Shown: positions 26,162-39,922 of the stretch, piece after piece
Position numbering within the stretch: the stretch's first letter is position 1
Layout of the letters: each line of letters opens with the position of its first letter
DNA from: Camelus dromedarius
Taxonomy: Eukaryota
Reading direction: 5' to 3'
Assembly: GCF_036321535.1 (NCBI RefSeq)
Contig: NC_087437.1
Coordinates: 37,264,001-37,328,000 of the forward strand
DNA length: 64,000 nt
Program-made: the position numbers and the translations under genes
Notes under the pieces: generated by a model
What the model was told of the DNA's origin: nothing
Database searches by the model: none
Seen by the model: the letters and a program-made list of their open reading frames with translations, nothing else

Positions 26162-26167
26162 AGATGT

Positions 26168-26203
<36 letters not shown>

Positions 26204-26676
26204 CACACACACACAGTGGAATACCACTTGGCTATAAAAAATAATGAAATAATGCCATTTGCAGCAACATGAATAGATCCAGAGATTACCATACTATGTG
26301 AAGTCAGACAGAGAAAGACATATCACATGATATTACTTATATGTGGAATCTAAAAAAATGATACAAATAAATTTATTTACAAAACAGAAATAGACTCACT
26401 GACATAGAAAACAAACTTATGGTTACCAAAGGGGAAATGGGGCAGGGGGGATAAATTAGGAATTTGGGATTAACAGATATACACTACTATATATAAAATA
26501 CATAAACAATAAGGACCTACTATAAAGCACAGGGAACTAAATTCAGTATCTTTTAATGATCTATAATAAGGAAGATTCTGAAAAATATTTTATATATATA
26601 TATATAAAACTGCATCACATGCTGCACCCCTGAAACACTGTAAATCAACTATAGTTTAATAAATTAAAAAAAAAAA
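26162..26676 (+). mobile_element. Younger cetartiodactyl-type L1 3' end with poly(A) and 10-bp TSD AAAGAAATAA
   Basis: 'aatgaaataatgccatttgcagcaacatg...ttacaaaacagaaatagactcac...aaacttatggttaccaaagggga...gcacagggaacta...tgtaaatcaactata' plus an A-tail. TSD at 26152-26161 and 26677-26686. Confidence 0.92.
26173..26215. repeat. (GT)14-ATA-(CA)6 microsatellite
   Basis: Direct reading; lies inside the L1 3' fragment. Confidence 0.95.
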
Positions 26677-27819
26677 AAAGAAATAATGGCCGGAAACTTC
26701 CTAAAATTGGTGAAAGACAAAAACCTATAGATCCAAGAAACTGAACAAACCTCAAAAGGATAAACTTAAAGAAACCTACACAGAAACGTGTCATAATTAA
26801 ACTTTCCAAAACCAAAGGTGAAAGAAAAAGAAAACCTTCAAAGAAGCCAGAATGATATGGTGCACTGCCTATAGGGAGCACCGATTCAAATGAGAGGAGC
26901 TATCTCATCTGAATCCATGGAATAGTATTCTTCAAGGACTGAAAGAAAAAAAAAAATCTGTCCACTGTGAATTCTGTATCAGTTGAAACTATCTTTTAGG
27001 AATTAAGGGAAAATTATACTCTCTGTTGAAGGAAAACTGAAAGAAACTTTTGAAGGAGCTCCAGGCTTAAAGAAGGCTATAGGAAAATTTTCAAACAGAA
27101 AGGAAATGATAGAAGAAGGAACCTAGGGACATCAGCTATGAAGAAGGAGACACAGAAAGAACAGAAATACGGGTGTATGTAATAGGTTGTTCCGCTCTTC
27201 ATGAGTTCTATACATCATATTTAATGATAGAAACACATTATAGCAGCATCTGATGATGCACAAGACAATGATATTTAAAAGCAGGAAAAAAACCCTAAAT
27301 GCCAGAAAGGTTTCCACACTTCACTGAAAGTGGTAAAACGTGGGTACCAGTAGACTGTTTTAAATCACATATGCATATTGTAACACTCAGAGCAACCACT
27401 AAAAAATCTTTACAGAAAGAACAAGCATTAAAAATCTCTGTAAACTGCTAGAAATAAATCAAGATGTAATCCTGACGAATATTCAACTAATCTGAAGAAG
27501 GTAATAAAAGTGAAAAAGAGGAATGAGAACATGAAGAAGCAAAGAGAAAACCAATAATAAAGTGGCAGAATCACATATTAACATGTCAGTATACCTTAAG
27601 TGTAAATGGTCTAAATGCACCAATCAGAAGACACAGATTGGCAGGCTAGTTTAAAAATAAAATGATCCACAGTGTTCGGCTTTTAAGCACCTCATTTCAA
27701 ACTTAAAGACAGAGGTAAAGTGAAAGTAAAAGGATGGGAAAAGATACACTATAATCAGTGAAATGCAGGAGTGCTATGTTAATACCTGGTAAGGTAGGCC
27801 ATTTTATAGTATTACCAGA

Positions 27820-28190
27820 AAGAAAGGAAAACAAAAATAACTGGAATTGAGGAAACATTTGAAAATATAATGACTAAGAATTTCCTAAAAGAAAGGTGAA
27901 AGATATCTGTTGGGTGTATATCATAGAGTACCAAACAAGATTGATAAAGGAAAAGTCACACCTTGACATCTTATGGTGCAATTTAACAAAACCATGAGTA
28001 AAACAAATATTCTAAATAGCTCTATTTGTTATGAAATTTTAGAAAAACAAAACAAAACATTATAAAAGCTTAAACAGAGAAAAAGCTCATCATCTAAAAA
28101 AAGAACAGGAATCAAATTATAATTAGATTGTCTCCAAGGACACTGATAGCAAGCAGTTAACAGAGTAATATTTTATAGGTGTTGGGGAAA
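27820..28190 (+). mobile_element. Second ORF1-like fragment (HAL1/L1ME)
   Basis: EETFENIMTKNFLK-like motif at ~27849 and 'aggaatcaaattataattagattgtctcc...'. Confidence 0.55.
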
Positions 28191-28639
28191 AAAAGTGTGT
28201 GTTCTGGGCTGAGGGTAAACACCAGCTGCATTTCTTGGTGCTTGCTAAGTCTCAGAGGCATAAAGGTAGCAGGTACATATTTCTCTGATTTCCTGATTGG
28301 TAGATAACTTGGTCTAAAACTGACCTGAATGCACTGGATACCATCTCCTATTGTTATTTCTTTTTATAGGATGGCTGCTTCACATCAGGTGACAGTGATT
28401 TAAAGAAATCACTGGGGAAATAGCTGCTCAACCTCTGGAGATCATGAGGGCTTATAGGAAGTGGTGGATCTTCCTGCTAAGGAGAGAGCCATGAGGCCCA
28501 GAGGGAAATTGTGATTAGGTACATTTCTGCCCCCAGGACCAGATACAAGGCAGTTTCTGGTCAGGCAGCATCCAACATAGCAGGAAATTAAGACTGCTTA
28601 TCTCCACAAAAATCATATACAGCAAAACTACTCCCTGGA

Positions 28640-29190
28640 GATGAAAGTGAAATAGTAACCATTCTAAAGGCAATCTGACAGTATTTAGCAGATCGAACAT
28701 GTGTATTCCCTTTAATCCAGCGATTCCATGCCTTGTTTATATGTACAGAACATTTCTCTGGTTTGTGTAATAGATCCATGAGGGATCATGGAACATTGAT
28801 TTACTGAAAATATTTATGGTAGTTGAGAGTTGGAGGCAGCCTATACCTTCATCTTTAGGGTAATAGATAAATTAAATATTGTGGATGAAATTCTCTTAAA
28901 TGCCATGTATTTAGAAACCACCAAAAAGATACATCTAAAATAACAGATAAATAGTAAAATATAGTTTTACTAATAAAAAGTAGGAAATAGAACAATCAAG
29001 GTACATACTATCATTAAAATTTTAAATTTGAGACAAACAAGAAGATATTACATTATTTTATTAGGACACATCATTATCTAAGAACATACATCAAACATAA
29101 GAATATATGCCTACTGTGGTCTTTATGGACCATCAGATGTGACTGGGGAATGTGGATGAAGGAGAAAACTAAAATAAAAATCAATTCAAA
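28640..29190 (+). mobile_element. L1ME-type 3' fragment
   Basis: 'accattctaaaggcaatctgacagtat...tttaatccagcgattccatgccttg...gttggaggcagcctata...atagataaattaaat'. Confidence 0.55.
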
Positions 29191-29694
29191 CACACAGCTG
29201 ATGATAATTGGCCATAAACTGAGGAGTTCGAAAAATTGGGATCTGTGTAAATGTCATCTTCCCAATCAATCAGTTTAAAACTTCCAACTCAGTTTTTTAG
29301 AGGTAATGATTTCAATGAGATTATTTTCAATTTCCAAAGGAAAAAAATTGCTATGGCAGAAAATTTTATATTGTGACTTTCTCGTGAATTAAATAACCAG
29401 TAAAGAAATCTTTATTTTTTATAAAAAGATATCCACATCCAAATTAAGACTAATCATGCTTTCTTCATCAAATGTATAGAAAATTATCTGAAAGGTTATG
29501 TTGAAATTGGACTACTGATCTTGCTGATTTTGTTTTCTTTAAAATTACTAGTTTTATAAGCATTGCCTAAATAATGTTAATCTTGTACCTGTTAAATTAT
29601 ATGTCTAATATTATCCAAATTAGTCTAACTCCCCTTCAACTTCTCCCCTATTTATTAAGAAAATATAAATATATGCAGAAAGAAGATAGTTTAA

Positions 29695-29880
29695 TGAAAT
29701 AAATGTGTCTTTGGATTCAGTAATACTGGGCTTCAAATATAAGTTACCTCTTCCTGCCATTGTAATTTTGAATGTGTCTTATCAGTATCGTCTTCTGTGA
29801 AATAAAAATCATATGCAACTGAGACAGTGATTACAAATATTAACTGAGATAACATACAAAACACCTAAAAGAGTAGCCTT
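29695..29880 (+). mobile_element. MIR SINE remnant
   Basis: 'ctttggattcag...ctgggcttcaaat...tcagtatcgtcttctgtgaaat...attaactgagataacata'. Confidence 0.5.
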
Positions 29881-32279
29881 CTAGAGAATGAATGGGTCCC
29901 CTGCTCTCCTCACAAATCACATCATGATGCCCAAACAGTGACAGATATTTCAGATTCCATTTTGATATAACATGAATGCTGAAATGTGAAACTTTTGAAA
30001 CACTTGAGTATCTGTGTTAAAAAATGTAAAACTAAAATACTTATTTTTTGAATTTTGTTATCAGTGTGATGACTTAGCATTTTCTTATTTTTATTTTTCA
30101 TGTGAACAGTATATGAATCTGTTCTCTAAAGTAGCAGTTTGATAGACTTGTTGGCTTTACAATTTTGATTTATTTTTCACATTTTCCTTCTTTCCTTCCT
30201 TCCTCTTCATCTTCTACCTATTCTTCCTCTTCTTCCTCCTCATTTTCCTCCCCTTCTTTCTTCTTTTTCTCATTTTTTAAAAAAGAAATATAGGCCAAGT
30301 CTTAGAGTCTGCTTAATAACTGTCTCTAAAATGTGGAACTTAAGAGAAATTCAGAATTTACATTTATGTATTTAGTTGTTAATGTGCTAAAATGCATCAA
30401 TATTTGGTTATAGCAGTCCTTTATATATGTAAAGTACAAATGCATTATACTCCTTACAATTTTCAAATCCCTTTCATATATATCATTTATTTTATGATAC
30501 TCTTATTTTTCCTATGTAACTCATGAGAAGAATGAAATTCCAAGACCTGTAAAATAATTTTCTAAAGGTTTTTCAACTTTTCATAGACTAGAGGCACAGC
30601 TAAACTCAAAGTCTTTGAATTACAAATCTACTACTTGTCAGAAATATTGCATGGAAGAAATATTAGCTGGTATTATTACTGAATTACTGAATATTGTTCC
30701 TATTATTTAATTTTCCTACTTGCACATCTTTATGAATTCTTTAACTAGCCTTGTCATAGTAACCTCATTTATTTTATGCAGAAAGGACAATGTATCAAGT
30801 TTGATATCATGCTATGATGTGTAATATCATAATGTATTATAACTTTTAATATGGCATTTGATTTTTCTAAAGTGGCCACTATATTTTTCTTATGGTGTTA
30901 TTAATAGTAGAAATTCTCCTGAAGCTAATGTAATTACATTAAAGTTTCAGATAAGTAGCCTTTGGTTCTTGGAATAATGAGCTCATAATACATGATTTAT
31001 ATAAAGTATAAGACAATCAATCCATGGACATAAAAAAAATCTATTATAAAATGCATTATTTGTAATGAGAAAACTGCCCATCAACATACCAGTATATCAT
31101 TAATATGCAATGTTCAAGTATAGATTAATACTTTGAAAACTACTAGTCTAAAAGTAAGTACAGGTGAAAGATGGATTAAATTTTTGCATTATCAATTCTA
31201 CTTCAAAGCTTTTAAAGGGGAAAGTAAACATTCCATCATTGTTTTTGAAATGACTTCTGAGAAAGTAGAATTAGATGATGTTTAGATTTGCTTATAAGAT
31301 GTTAGCTCAGAATTTTGAAAAACTTGTAGAATATAAACTTTAAAAAAAGAAAAATATGCATTCTGAAGATAAATATTTGTTGAGATTTGGAGTGTGTGTA
31401 TCGCTTATACCACTCATCAATTTATTGTCAGGGTAAAACACTGTATAATACATCACTCACAGAATTTTCCCTATTGTATGCAGCCTCAAGATAAGTTGTA
31501 TTTTAAGAATGTCAATGCTGTTGGGTTTACTTGCTGAAATTTATATAAAAAGATGAATATCCAGGTTTATTTTCATCTCACTTCTTTCTTTTTTTCTTTA
31601 CATTTTACCTTTATGATTGACAAGTTAGAATATAATAGCAGGAAATACTCAGAGAGAAAGAGGATTAAAAATGCATCTGTATTTCATTGAGACAAAATAG
31701 CATTTACCAAGTTTGATGACACGACACTTGTAATCTATTTTAAAGTCAGTTATCCTTGCTTTGCATTTATATGCTGAAAGCAATTTTGAATGAAATATTT
31801 TAAAGACATCAATATATTCAAGTAACTATTAGCTAATCTAAATAATTGGATATTTAATTATGGAAAGAAAATACAGGCAGGAACAATTCTAGAGAGACTG
31901 AGAGCTGAATTTGGCTTCCTCCCTTTCACTCTGAACTTCACAGTTTATCTACCCAGAACTCTGTGGCTGCCCCATGATATCATGGGATAAGTTAAAGCTC
32001 CAAGTGAATATTAGGACCTAGAAAAATCTTGGCCCCCTGGGATCCTTTGACACATATGTAAAATATCATCACAATGAGGACAATGGGAACATGAGTAAGT
32101 AGGCTGGGCCCTCCCCAGCCAGAGGCACACTTCTCCTGGTGCCTTAGTAGATGAAAGGCAGCTTACCTAATGCTGCACCCCCATACCCCCACCACCCTTA
32201 TGTGGTGGACAATGCTTTTCATGCCATTCACTCACTGTTAGGTGGTGTTGCACCAGCCAGACTAGAAACCCCCAAAACA

Positions 32280-33175
32280 ATAAAATAAAAAGGATAATAA
32301 TAACAACAAACTTAAGGAATCTTGATAACAAGATAGGAATAGCAGTTAAAAAAGAATTGGTACAGGGAAAGAAAAACGGAACTCTTGGTGTTGACAGGCA
32401 GCAACTTGAATAATAACAGAAAAGAGATTACTAGATATGAATGCAAGAGACACACATGGAAAACACTTATTTTAGAAACAGAGAATAAAAAAAATATGAT
32501 TTCCCAAATGAACAATTTACTAGATGAACTGAAGAAGACGTAATCACTGTTGAGACCAGAATTTTTGGCTTAAAATATCAAATGGAAAGAAACATCTCAA
32601 AGCACAGGAAAAAAATAATTTGGTAAGTTAGGGACAAAGAGCTCAATATGAAAATGTGGAAATAATATGAAGAGGCAATTCACAGAGGAACAAACCCAAA
32701 TGGTGTATAAGCATATGAAAAGACACTCAAACTAATTAGTAGGCAAAAATGCAAATTAAAGTAACATTGAACAAATATTTTATATCCATAAGGCAGGCTA
32801 TTTGAAAAATTGAGAAAATACCTACTAACAGATGAAGAATCAGAGATCATTTATCTCATATATAACTTGCAGTAACGTAAATAGTTACAGCAGTTTTGTG
32901 AGCAAAGTGATGACTTTTTTAGTAAAAAATAAAATATATATATATAGACTCTGATCCATAATTCCCACTTCTGAAAATTGATCTCATGGGATTAATTCTA
33001 CAGAAAAAATATATGTATAAAGTTATGCACAGCATCATTGCTTAGAGAAGAAGTAAAAAGGAAACAACATGAATACCCCACAATCTATCAATATTCCAGT
33101 GAGTTATGATACACTTATAAAAGGAAATAATGTGTAGCCAAGAAAAAATAAATTTGAATTATATATGGAGGAAAT
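32280..33175 (+). mobile_element. L1ME-type fragments (ORF1 piece joined to ORF2 3' end)
   Basis: 'aggcaattcacagaggaacaaacccaaatgg...gcatatgaaaagacactcaa...aatgcaaattaaa', 'tgatccataattcccacttctg', 'ggaaacaacatgaatacccca'. Confidence 0.65.
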
Positions 33176-36100
33176 ACTTTTATAAAAATACGTCTATAGA
33201 ACTTGACTTCATGACACATAAAATGAATAAGTAGCCATATATTACAATGATATTTTAAACAATTATAATTAAGTATTTATTATTATGAGTGAAGAATTTT
33301 TAATTTTTAATTAATTCATTTTATCTTCCAAAAATTCCTATAGCACATTTGGGTAGACTGAGGTGCTTTAAGGTTTAGTAACTTACTCAATATTATATAG
33401 GAAGCAGCATTTCTATGCAAAAAGACATTGTTCATTTTCCTAATTTAAATCTAAGTTAAAGAAAAGTTTCTTATTTAATTTACTTTTTGATATTAACCTA
33501 GTTAGGCATTTGAAATGTGAAAATATTGTACTCAACTAGCACAGATAGGATCAGCATCTTTAAGGCCGGGCAGTGGATCAGAAAGTCATTATAAACTAAA
33601 CGATGATCCAAAGACCATGTGACAGTTGTTCCCGTTAATTCATCGGTATTTACAGAGAAAAGTAAAAGGTAGGTGTGGACTATTTGAATTTTATATGTTG
33701 TTGAGTTTTCATACTTCTGGTAATTAACCTCATATAGCCTAATATGAAATTAATAGAATCCAAACAAAATACATATTTTTTAATTTAGGCAGTTTTGCAT
33801 TTTTATTTGTCACAGACATTTGACAAATTGTTTTATCTCTTGGGACCTATATTATTCATAAACAAAAGAGTTTGGTCATAGTGCTTAGTACATATTGCAT
33901 ATCAAAAGAGAACAATTGATAATTATTTTCTATAATGTCACTTAAATTAAATGTGTTTAATATTTTAAGCATAACTGTAGCAGCTTTATATTTTACAGAC
34001 TATAACTGGTTTAAAAAACGATTGTGACAATATTGCAAATGATGCACAGAGAAATATGATGTTAGAGAAATATATACATATATATACATGCAAACGTTAA
34101 TGTTGAAATGGAAAATAAAGAAATAACTGTGCAGAATACATGGTAACATCAGCATAGTCAAATTTCTGTATGAATACAAGTGTAACTATATCTTTTATTT
34201 TGTGGTTTAACAGAAATGAGAATTCAGTTAGATTAATAAATCGGTAAATGTCAAGCCAGAAATTCCAGGCAAAACCTTTATCTCAGTGAATTCCACAGTA
34301 TGAACACATGAACTGCAGGATGTGTAGTTCACAGATGAACTACATGATGATGAAAAGTCTTCAATCCATAAAAATTAAACATTTAAAATTTATTCGTTTC
34401 CAAATTGTTCCAGAAATTGTGCCTTTCTTGTAGGAAACAAAGAAATGTTCCGGAGATGATGATTAACATTTGGACTTCTATGAAATATGTTAACACACCA
34501 AATATAAGGTCCTTTTCTAGCCATAGCATTTAACAAGAGTCTGGGAATAGTTTGGTAAACTTATGATTATTATGATGAAAGCATTCGGTTGATTTTCCTA
34601 CTGTCCTACAGGCGATTTTGGAGCTATCCAGTCATCTTGAGGACTTCTGCAGAGCTCTTACTGTTTTGGAATTTCTGTTCCCTTCTATTCTATTCTATTT
34701 CAAACTAGTTTTTAAAAATCAATCTAGAACATGGATGTGTCATATTTTGATTATATTGTATATGTGGACCATATTTTATTTTGAGGGACTGCTGGCAATT
34801 TCTGCCAGCGAGCATACAGAATCACCCTTACTGTGTTTCATGCTAATTATTCTTGGCCAAGCAGTCTACTACCTGTCCAGTGTCACTCTCTCAGGTTTCT
34901 GTAAGTAGTTGTTTAAAAAACTATTGTGTTTATTTATAAATGCAAAGGGAAGGCACATTCCACAAATTACTGGTAAATGGTCCAACCTACTAGAAAAAGA
35001 CTTCATTATTTCAGTGTCATTAAGTTACAGAAAAGCATCTAAATTAATCACTGATCTCATTTATTATTTATATGCAAGGGCAAATTTAACCTTCAAGGAA
35101 AGCAACGTGTCACAATTTAAGACTTGTTTGATGATTTTATTCCTTATTTTTAAAATGTTGGATCACTTGTACATGTGTACTAAGTTTCTCTAGCCTCTTT
35201 CAGAATTCACTTTTACTTTATTTCCTTTTACTTTTAAGTATCAACTTTCAATACTGTCCTCAACTCATTCTGTCCTATTTTTCCAGAAGGGGAAAAAGAC
35301 CAAAAAACAAAACTCTTAAAAGAACTTACTTCCTTTGTGTGGTTTTCTAATATTTCTTCTCCAATTAGAAAGATTCATATCACTTATTTTTTTGGAGGAA
35401 AAAAAGTGCCTGGCTAGAGAACAGATGGTGCGGCTAGTAACCAAGATTAAGGGGTTTATTCACAAAGCATTTGTGAGGCACTTCTGCATGCTTTTTCTAA
35501 CTTTCTGGCATTTTGCCTCCAATTTGCATAGCAGCAGTTCAGATGTAGTAGAAAGTCCTGTGTGACATTATCATTTGTTAAAACTTATGTAAAAGAAATC
35601 CAAGTTCATTAGTTGAAAAAGAATCAACAATTCAGGGAGAAAAAGTTAAAAGTTATTAACTATTATAAAGCCATTAACTCTACAAAGACAGCCTCCTACT
35701 CAGAGGAGATGAAATTTATCCCCCCAAATATTTACATTTATCTTTATTTTTAGTTGGTGAAGATTCATGTGACAAGTTCTCTGACCTGTGACATTATTTT
35801 TATTCACTAGAGTTGACTCTTTGGAAATTGCTTCCCTAACTCAGGATATTGAACTTAATTTTAAACTTCTCTAAAGAGAAGGAGTGGGGGAAATAAAAGA
35901 GATGAGATGTGTGGTTAAGCACCTGACGAAGAGAGTTGGGTTCAAATGAAGGCTGAAAAAGTCACTATAAATCCCTCCAGACCAAATAATCTGTGGCATG
36001 ACCACCATGTACTTTGTAGTTTCATGTATGTAATTTTTTAACTCGCTTCTCAACATTTGAGTTTACACGTTCAACATAAAGACTAATTAAGTATAAACTA

Positions 36101-36234
36101 ACTTTGTATGTTAACTGGATTCCTCATAGCCTCTATCAATGTCAGACAATGCTAATTACTTAACAAGTTACTTTATTTTATACAATTACCAACATTGTCC
36201 TTCAAAAAAATCAGAATCCTTGCTTCATTTTTTA

Positions 36235-36572
36235 AACATTTTTTGAAGAATAGTTGATTTATGATATTATATTAGTAACATCTCTCCATTTCTCCCATCC
36301 CCACCCCCTAGTAACTACCATTCTAGTCTATGTTTCTATGAGTTTGGCTTTTTTATATTCCACATATAAGTTCTAATATACTTTGTTTTTCTCGGTGTAA
36401 CTTATTTCACTTAGCATAGTGCCCTCAAGGTGCATCCATGTTGTCTCAAACAACAAGATTTTTTCTTTCTCATGTATAAATAATATTTTAGTGTGTATGT
36501 GTGTGTGTATATTATGAAGATGTAGTGTTTATACACCACATCTTCTTTATTCTTTCATCTGTTGATATACTC
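36235..36572 (-). mobile_element. L1MA-type 3' fragment
   Basis: 'ccatttctcccatccccaccccctagtaactaccattcta...ttccacatataag...ttatttcacttagcatagtgccctcaagg...catccatgttgtc'. Confidence 0.85.
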
Positions 36573-39500
36573 TGTTTTAAAAATGCAAGTCAGGTGGATG
36601 CAAATGGAGAGTATAAAAAGAATTGATCGCCTGTCCTTCCAATCTCTACTTCCAGTCATCATCATAGATTTAGCCAAAAACAGAATTTTTAGAAATATTT
36701 AAGGTTTAGCATAGCCAAAATACTGAAAGAGGATTTTTAATGGTTTTTTAAAAATCTGTATGTGTGTATAAAACCTTACCAACAGTAACTGAAGTGATAA
36801 ATTTTTGAGAAAACTCTGAAATATAATCCATAACATAACCCTATTACTTCACCTTCTCTGGTTCTAAGCAGTCTTGATGTTCTCCTCCATCTACTCAAAT
36901 ATCCAAGAGGTTCTTAATATATCTGTGAGCAAGCTTATCTGCTTTATATTTTATACATTTTAAATTTTATTTATTTTTTATTTATTTGTATATTATATTA
37001 TATATAAAATCTGCAGATTTTAGAGTGTGAAACTTCACCTAGTTGCAATTCTGTATGCTTTAGGTTAATTACCATTTGTTTCAGAAATAATACTTGAATT
37101 TTCATAATGTATCTTCAACTATTCTAGGCACACTGTGAAGATGAATAACACATGGTACCTGGCTTTAAGCTTCTCAATTATTAGAAGAGATAAACACACA
37201 AGTAAGTGAGTTCATAAAGAAACAAATGGGTTAGGGATATATATGTGTTAGCATTGGTTAAATCCTATGGAAATACAGTGGGGAGATAATTCGAAGTGGA
37301 TGAATAAAATATTTTTATTATGAAAATAATATTTCTGTATATCTTTCAGAAATTCATTAACGCCTGGCTCTTAAAAATAAGTGTTTTATTTTATTTAAAA
37401 TGTGTAATGCCTGAGCAATTATTTTTTCCTCTCAGTTTGCCATTCCAAAGAAGTCAGGCAGTCCTAATTTCAGAGTCATGAATATAGAATCATCACTCAA
37501 CAAGTTGTAATTTTTTTTAGTTGTAATCAAGAGAAAGCAATGTGCTTTTATAGATCAGTTCTGAAAAGCTAAATGTATGTTATAATAGTTAGAATCCTAA
37601 GAAGTAAAAGACGGTGTTATAATCTTCCTAAAAAGCAAGGAATATCAATTAGTTTAGATGTGTATTTAAATCAGAAAGTTCTTTACTGTGATCAAAATCA
37701 ACAGAGAAAAGGGACTTGCTGGAAGATAAACAGCAGTATTTGATATAATGTAATAACCAAAAGTTGGTCCATAATTTTGATGTCTATAAAATTGAATATA
37801 AAATTATTTCTATTTATGCCACATTGGATCAAAGTTTTAAATATCAAACTTTATGTGATAAGCAAAAAACAGTTTACGTATGACTTTTTTATTATAAAAC
37901 AAAACATTCATCTGAAATGCCTAAATCTTTGATGCTATCAATCCAAAGAAACATACATGAACCAGATTATGCTCTCCCAGACTGCCCTCTGGTTTTCTAC
38001 TAGGCTCTGTGGGTAGCTGTATTTAATTTTTGGAGATACTAATGTATTATTCCAAAGCACAGGTCTAGTGTTGCAGCATTCTTCAGTTCCCTGCTGAGGC
38101 TAATGCCTTATTTGTGACTGGAGAATATTTATATCCCATGAAAATCTGGGTCAATAAATATTAGAGAATTAAGAGCATTTACCTCTGAAAATAAGTACCA
38201 AATCCTAGGTACTTAGCTTTCCCAAAGTCTTAATATTATTTTATTATTTCCCCTCTCGTTCTCTCTGCTATAACCGAGGACATAGGCAAGGTACATCATA
38301 ACTTGCCTTGCCCCCAGTTTAATGGGAAAATCAATAAATACCAGTAAGTTTAAGAATATTAGATACAACCACTGTCTTTGATAGAGTTCTTTAACTGAGA
38401 CTCTACAACAAAAAATGATTGAATATTAATATAAATCTCAAAAGCTAGGATCCATCTGACCAAATTAAACATAAATATTTCTTGGATTATAATTTCTGAA
38501 TGAACTGGCTGGAGATATTAAGGCAAATGCAAATTGATTTTCTCTCTTCACAATCTATTGTCCTTCCCTGATTTGCTGCATGAAAAAAAAAATACAACTT
38601 GTCAGCCTCTTAAAATATTTCTAACTTGTTGCAATGATGAAGATATTACCCTGTCTCCCCTTTTTTCCCTGTCTTTCCTTTCCCAACATGTAAAGATGAA
38701 GTCACTAATTTCATTATCTGAAAATTAGGCTCTACACCAGGAAAAACAAAAAGAATCTAAGTAACAAGACACATTCACAGAGGTATAGAGGAAATTGAGG
38801 AGGAATACTGTGAGATCCAAACAGATGCTTTAAAAATTCTTAAAGAACTCCTTGGTCACGATCCACACTTCTGGCAGTGACTTCCTCCATGAGACGCACC
38901 ACAGAGTCCACCTATGTGTTCTGTGCAGGTGCTGGTGATCAGAAAACTGATGCTATATTCTTCCACTGTTTTTCCTCAAAAGATGAAGTTCCCTGCCAGC
39001 ATTATCATACAACTGCTTTCTGGTCAGTCTTTGTATTCATTAAGCATCAGGGATCACTGCTGACACTTGAATTGCTTCCCAAGTATAACCAACCCCTCCC
39101 TTCCAGGGCTGCAGTTCACAGCAGGATACTGTTGTGACGTCTATTTTCTTAGAATTTAATTCCCCTGTATAGCAGTCCAGCAGACAGTGGGCTGATAAAT
39201 CCTGGGTATAAGCTTCACTGATAATTGCTAACACCTACCAGCTAGTACATTGCTGTCAATTTGGCTATTTCTTCTTAAGCTCCCCAGTTCCACTTTATGC
39301 TTGAGGCTAGTGTGGTTTTTGAAGACTGAGCAAAATACAGACAGTGCTTCTATCCTCTTCTCCTCAGCCAAGGTCAGTTGCAGCTTTATCCTGGGGTTAT
39401 TTAGATACCTGACTTAAATCTTGCCTTCCTCTCAAACTGTTACATGGCACCTTAATAATATGTCTAATTTTCAATTTATGAGAGAAGAATGTACCACTGT

Positions 39501-39712
39501 AGCTATCACTACCAAGATTTTCTTGGCCTTTACAATGGCTTCGTATTTGTATAAACATTTTTATATATATTTTCCATGGTGCTTTTATGATCTCTATGGT
39601 TTTCTTCTCTTTACTCCACTCTTCCTTCCTCCTTCTCTTATTGAGTAGTGAACATTCTACACATTGATTTCTATTCTCATTCTCTGGAATCACACATTTC
39701 TTTATTCTATGA

Positions 39713-39922
39713 AAGGGCCACAAAACACATTCTGTAAAGGGCCAGACAGTAAATATTTTAAATTCTACAGACCATCCCATATGGTCTCTGTCACTCCTAT
39801 TCAACATTGCCTTTGTTGTGCAAGATCAGCTGCAGAGACTATGTAAATGGATGGGCATGGCTGTGTTCCAATAAAACTTTATTTACAAAGATAGATGGCA
39901 AGCTTTATCTTGCTGACCCCCC
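39713..39922. mobile_element. MER58A (hAT-Charlie MITE)
   Basis: 'ttctgtaaagggccagacagtaaatatttt...atgtaaatggatgggcatggctgtgttccaataaaactttatttacaaa...ttgctgacccc'. Confidence 0.9.

Larger units (their letters stand above)
24698..27800 (+). mobile_element. Old L1 (L1M4/L1MC-type) 5' half: 5'UTR, decayed ORF1, inter-ORF and start of ORF2
   Basis: Starts 'gacttctggtttggacaagatggcc'. ORF1 motif PEREEKKQEAERIFKEI|MAGNF is split by an insertion. Endonuclease N-terminus TLSVNGLNAPIRRHRLAG* starts at 27593. Confidence 0.85.

Noticed and set aside
28393..28414. Perfect 9-bp hairpin CAGTGATTT-aaag-AAATCACTG
   Set aside because: Within chance expectation; no supporting context.
30180..30280. Pyrimidine-rich tract
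   Set aside because: Simple low-complexity CT-rich sequence with no associated exon evidence.
34309..34344. Alternative hairpins TGAACTGCA / TGTAGTTCA / TGAACTACA
   Set aside because: Short arms; no evidence of function beyond chance or local template switching.
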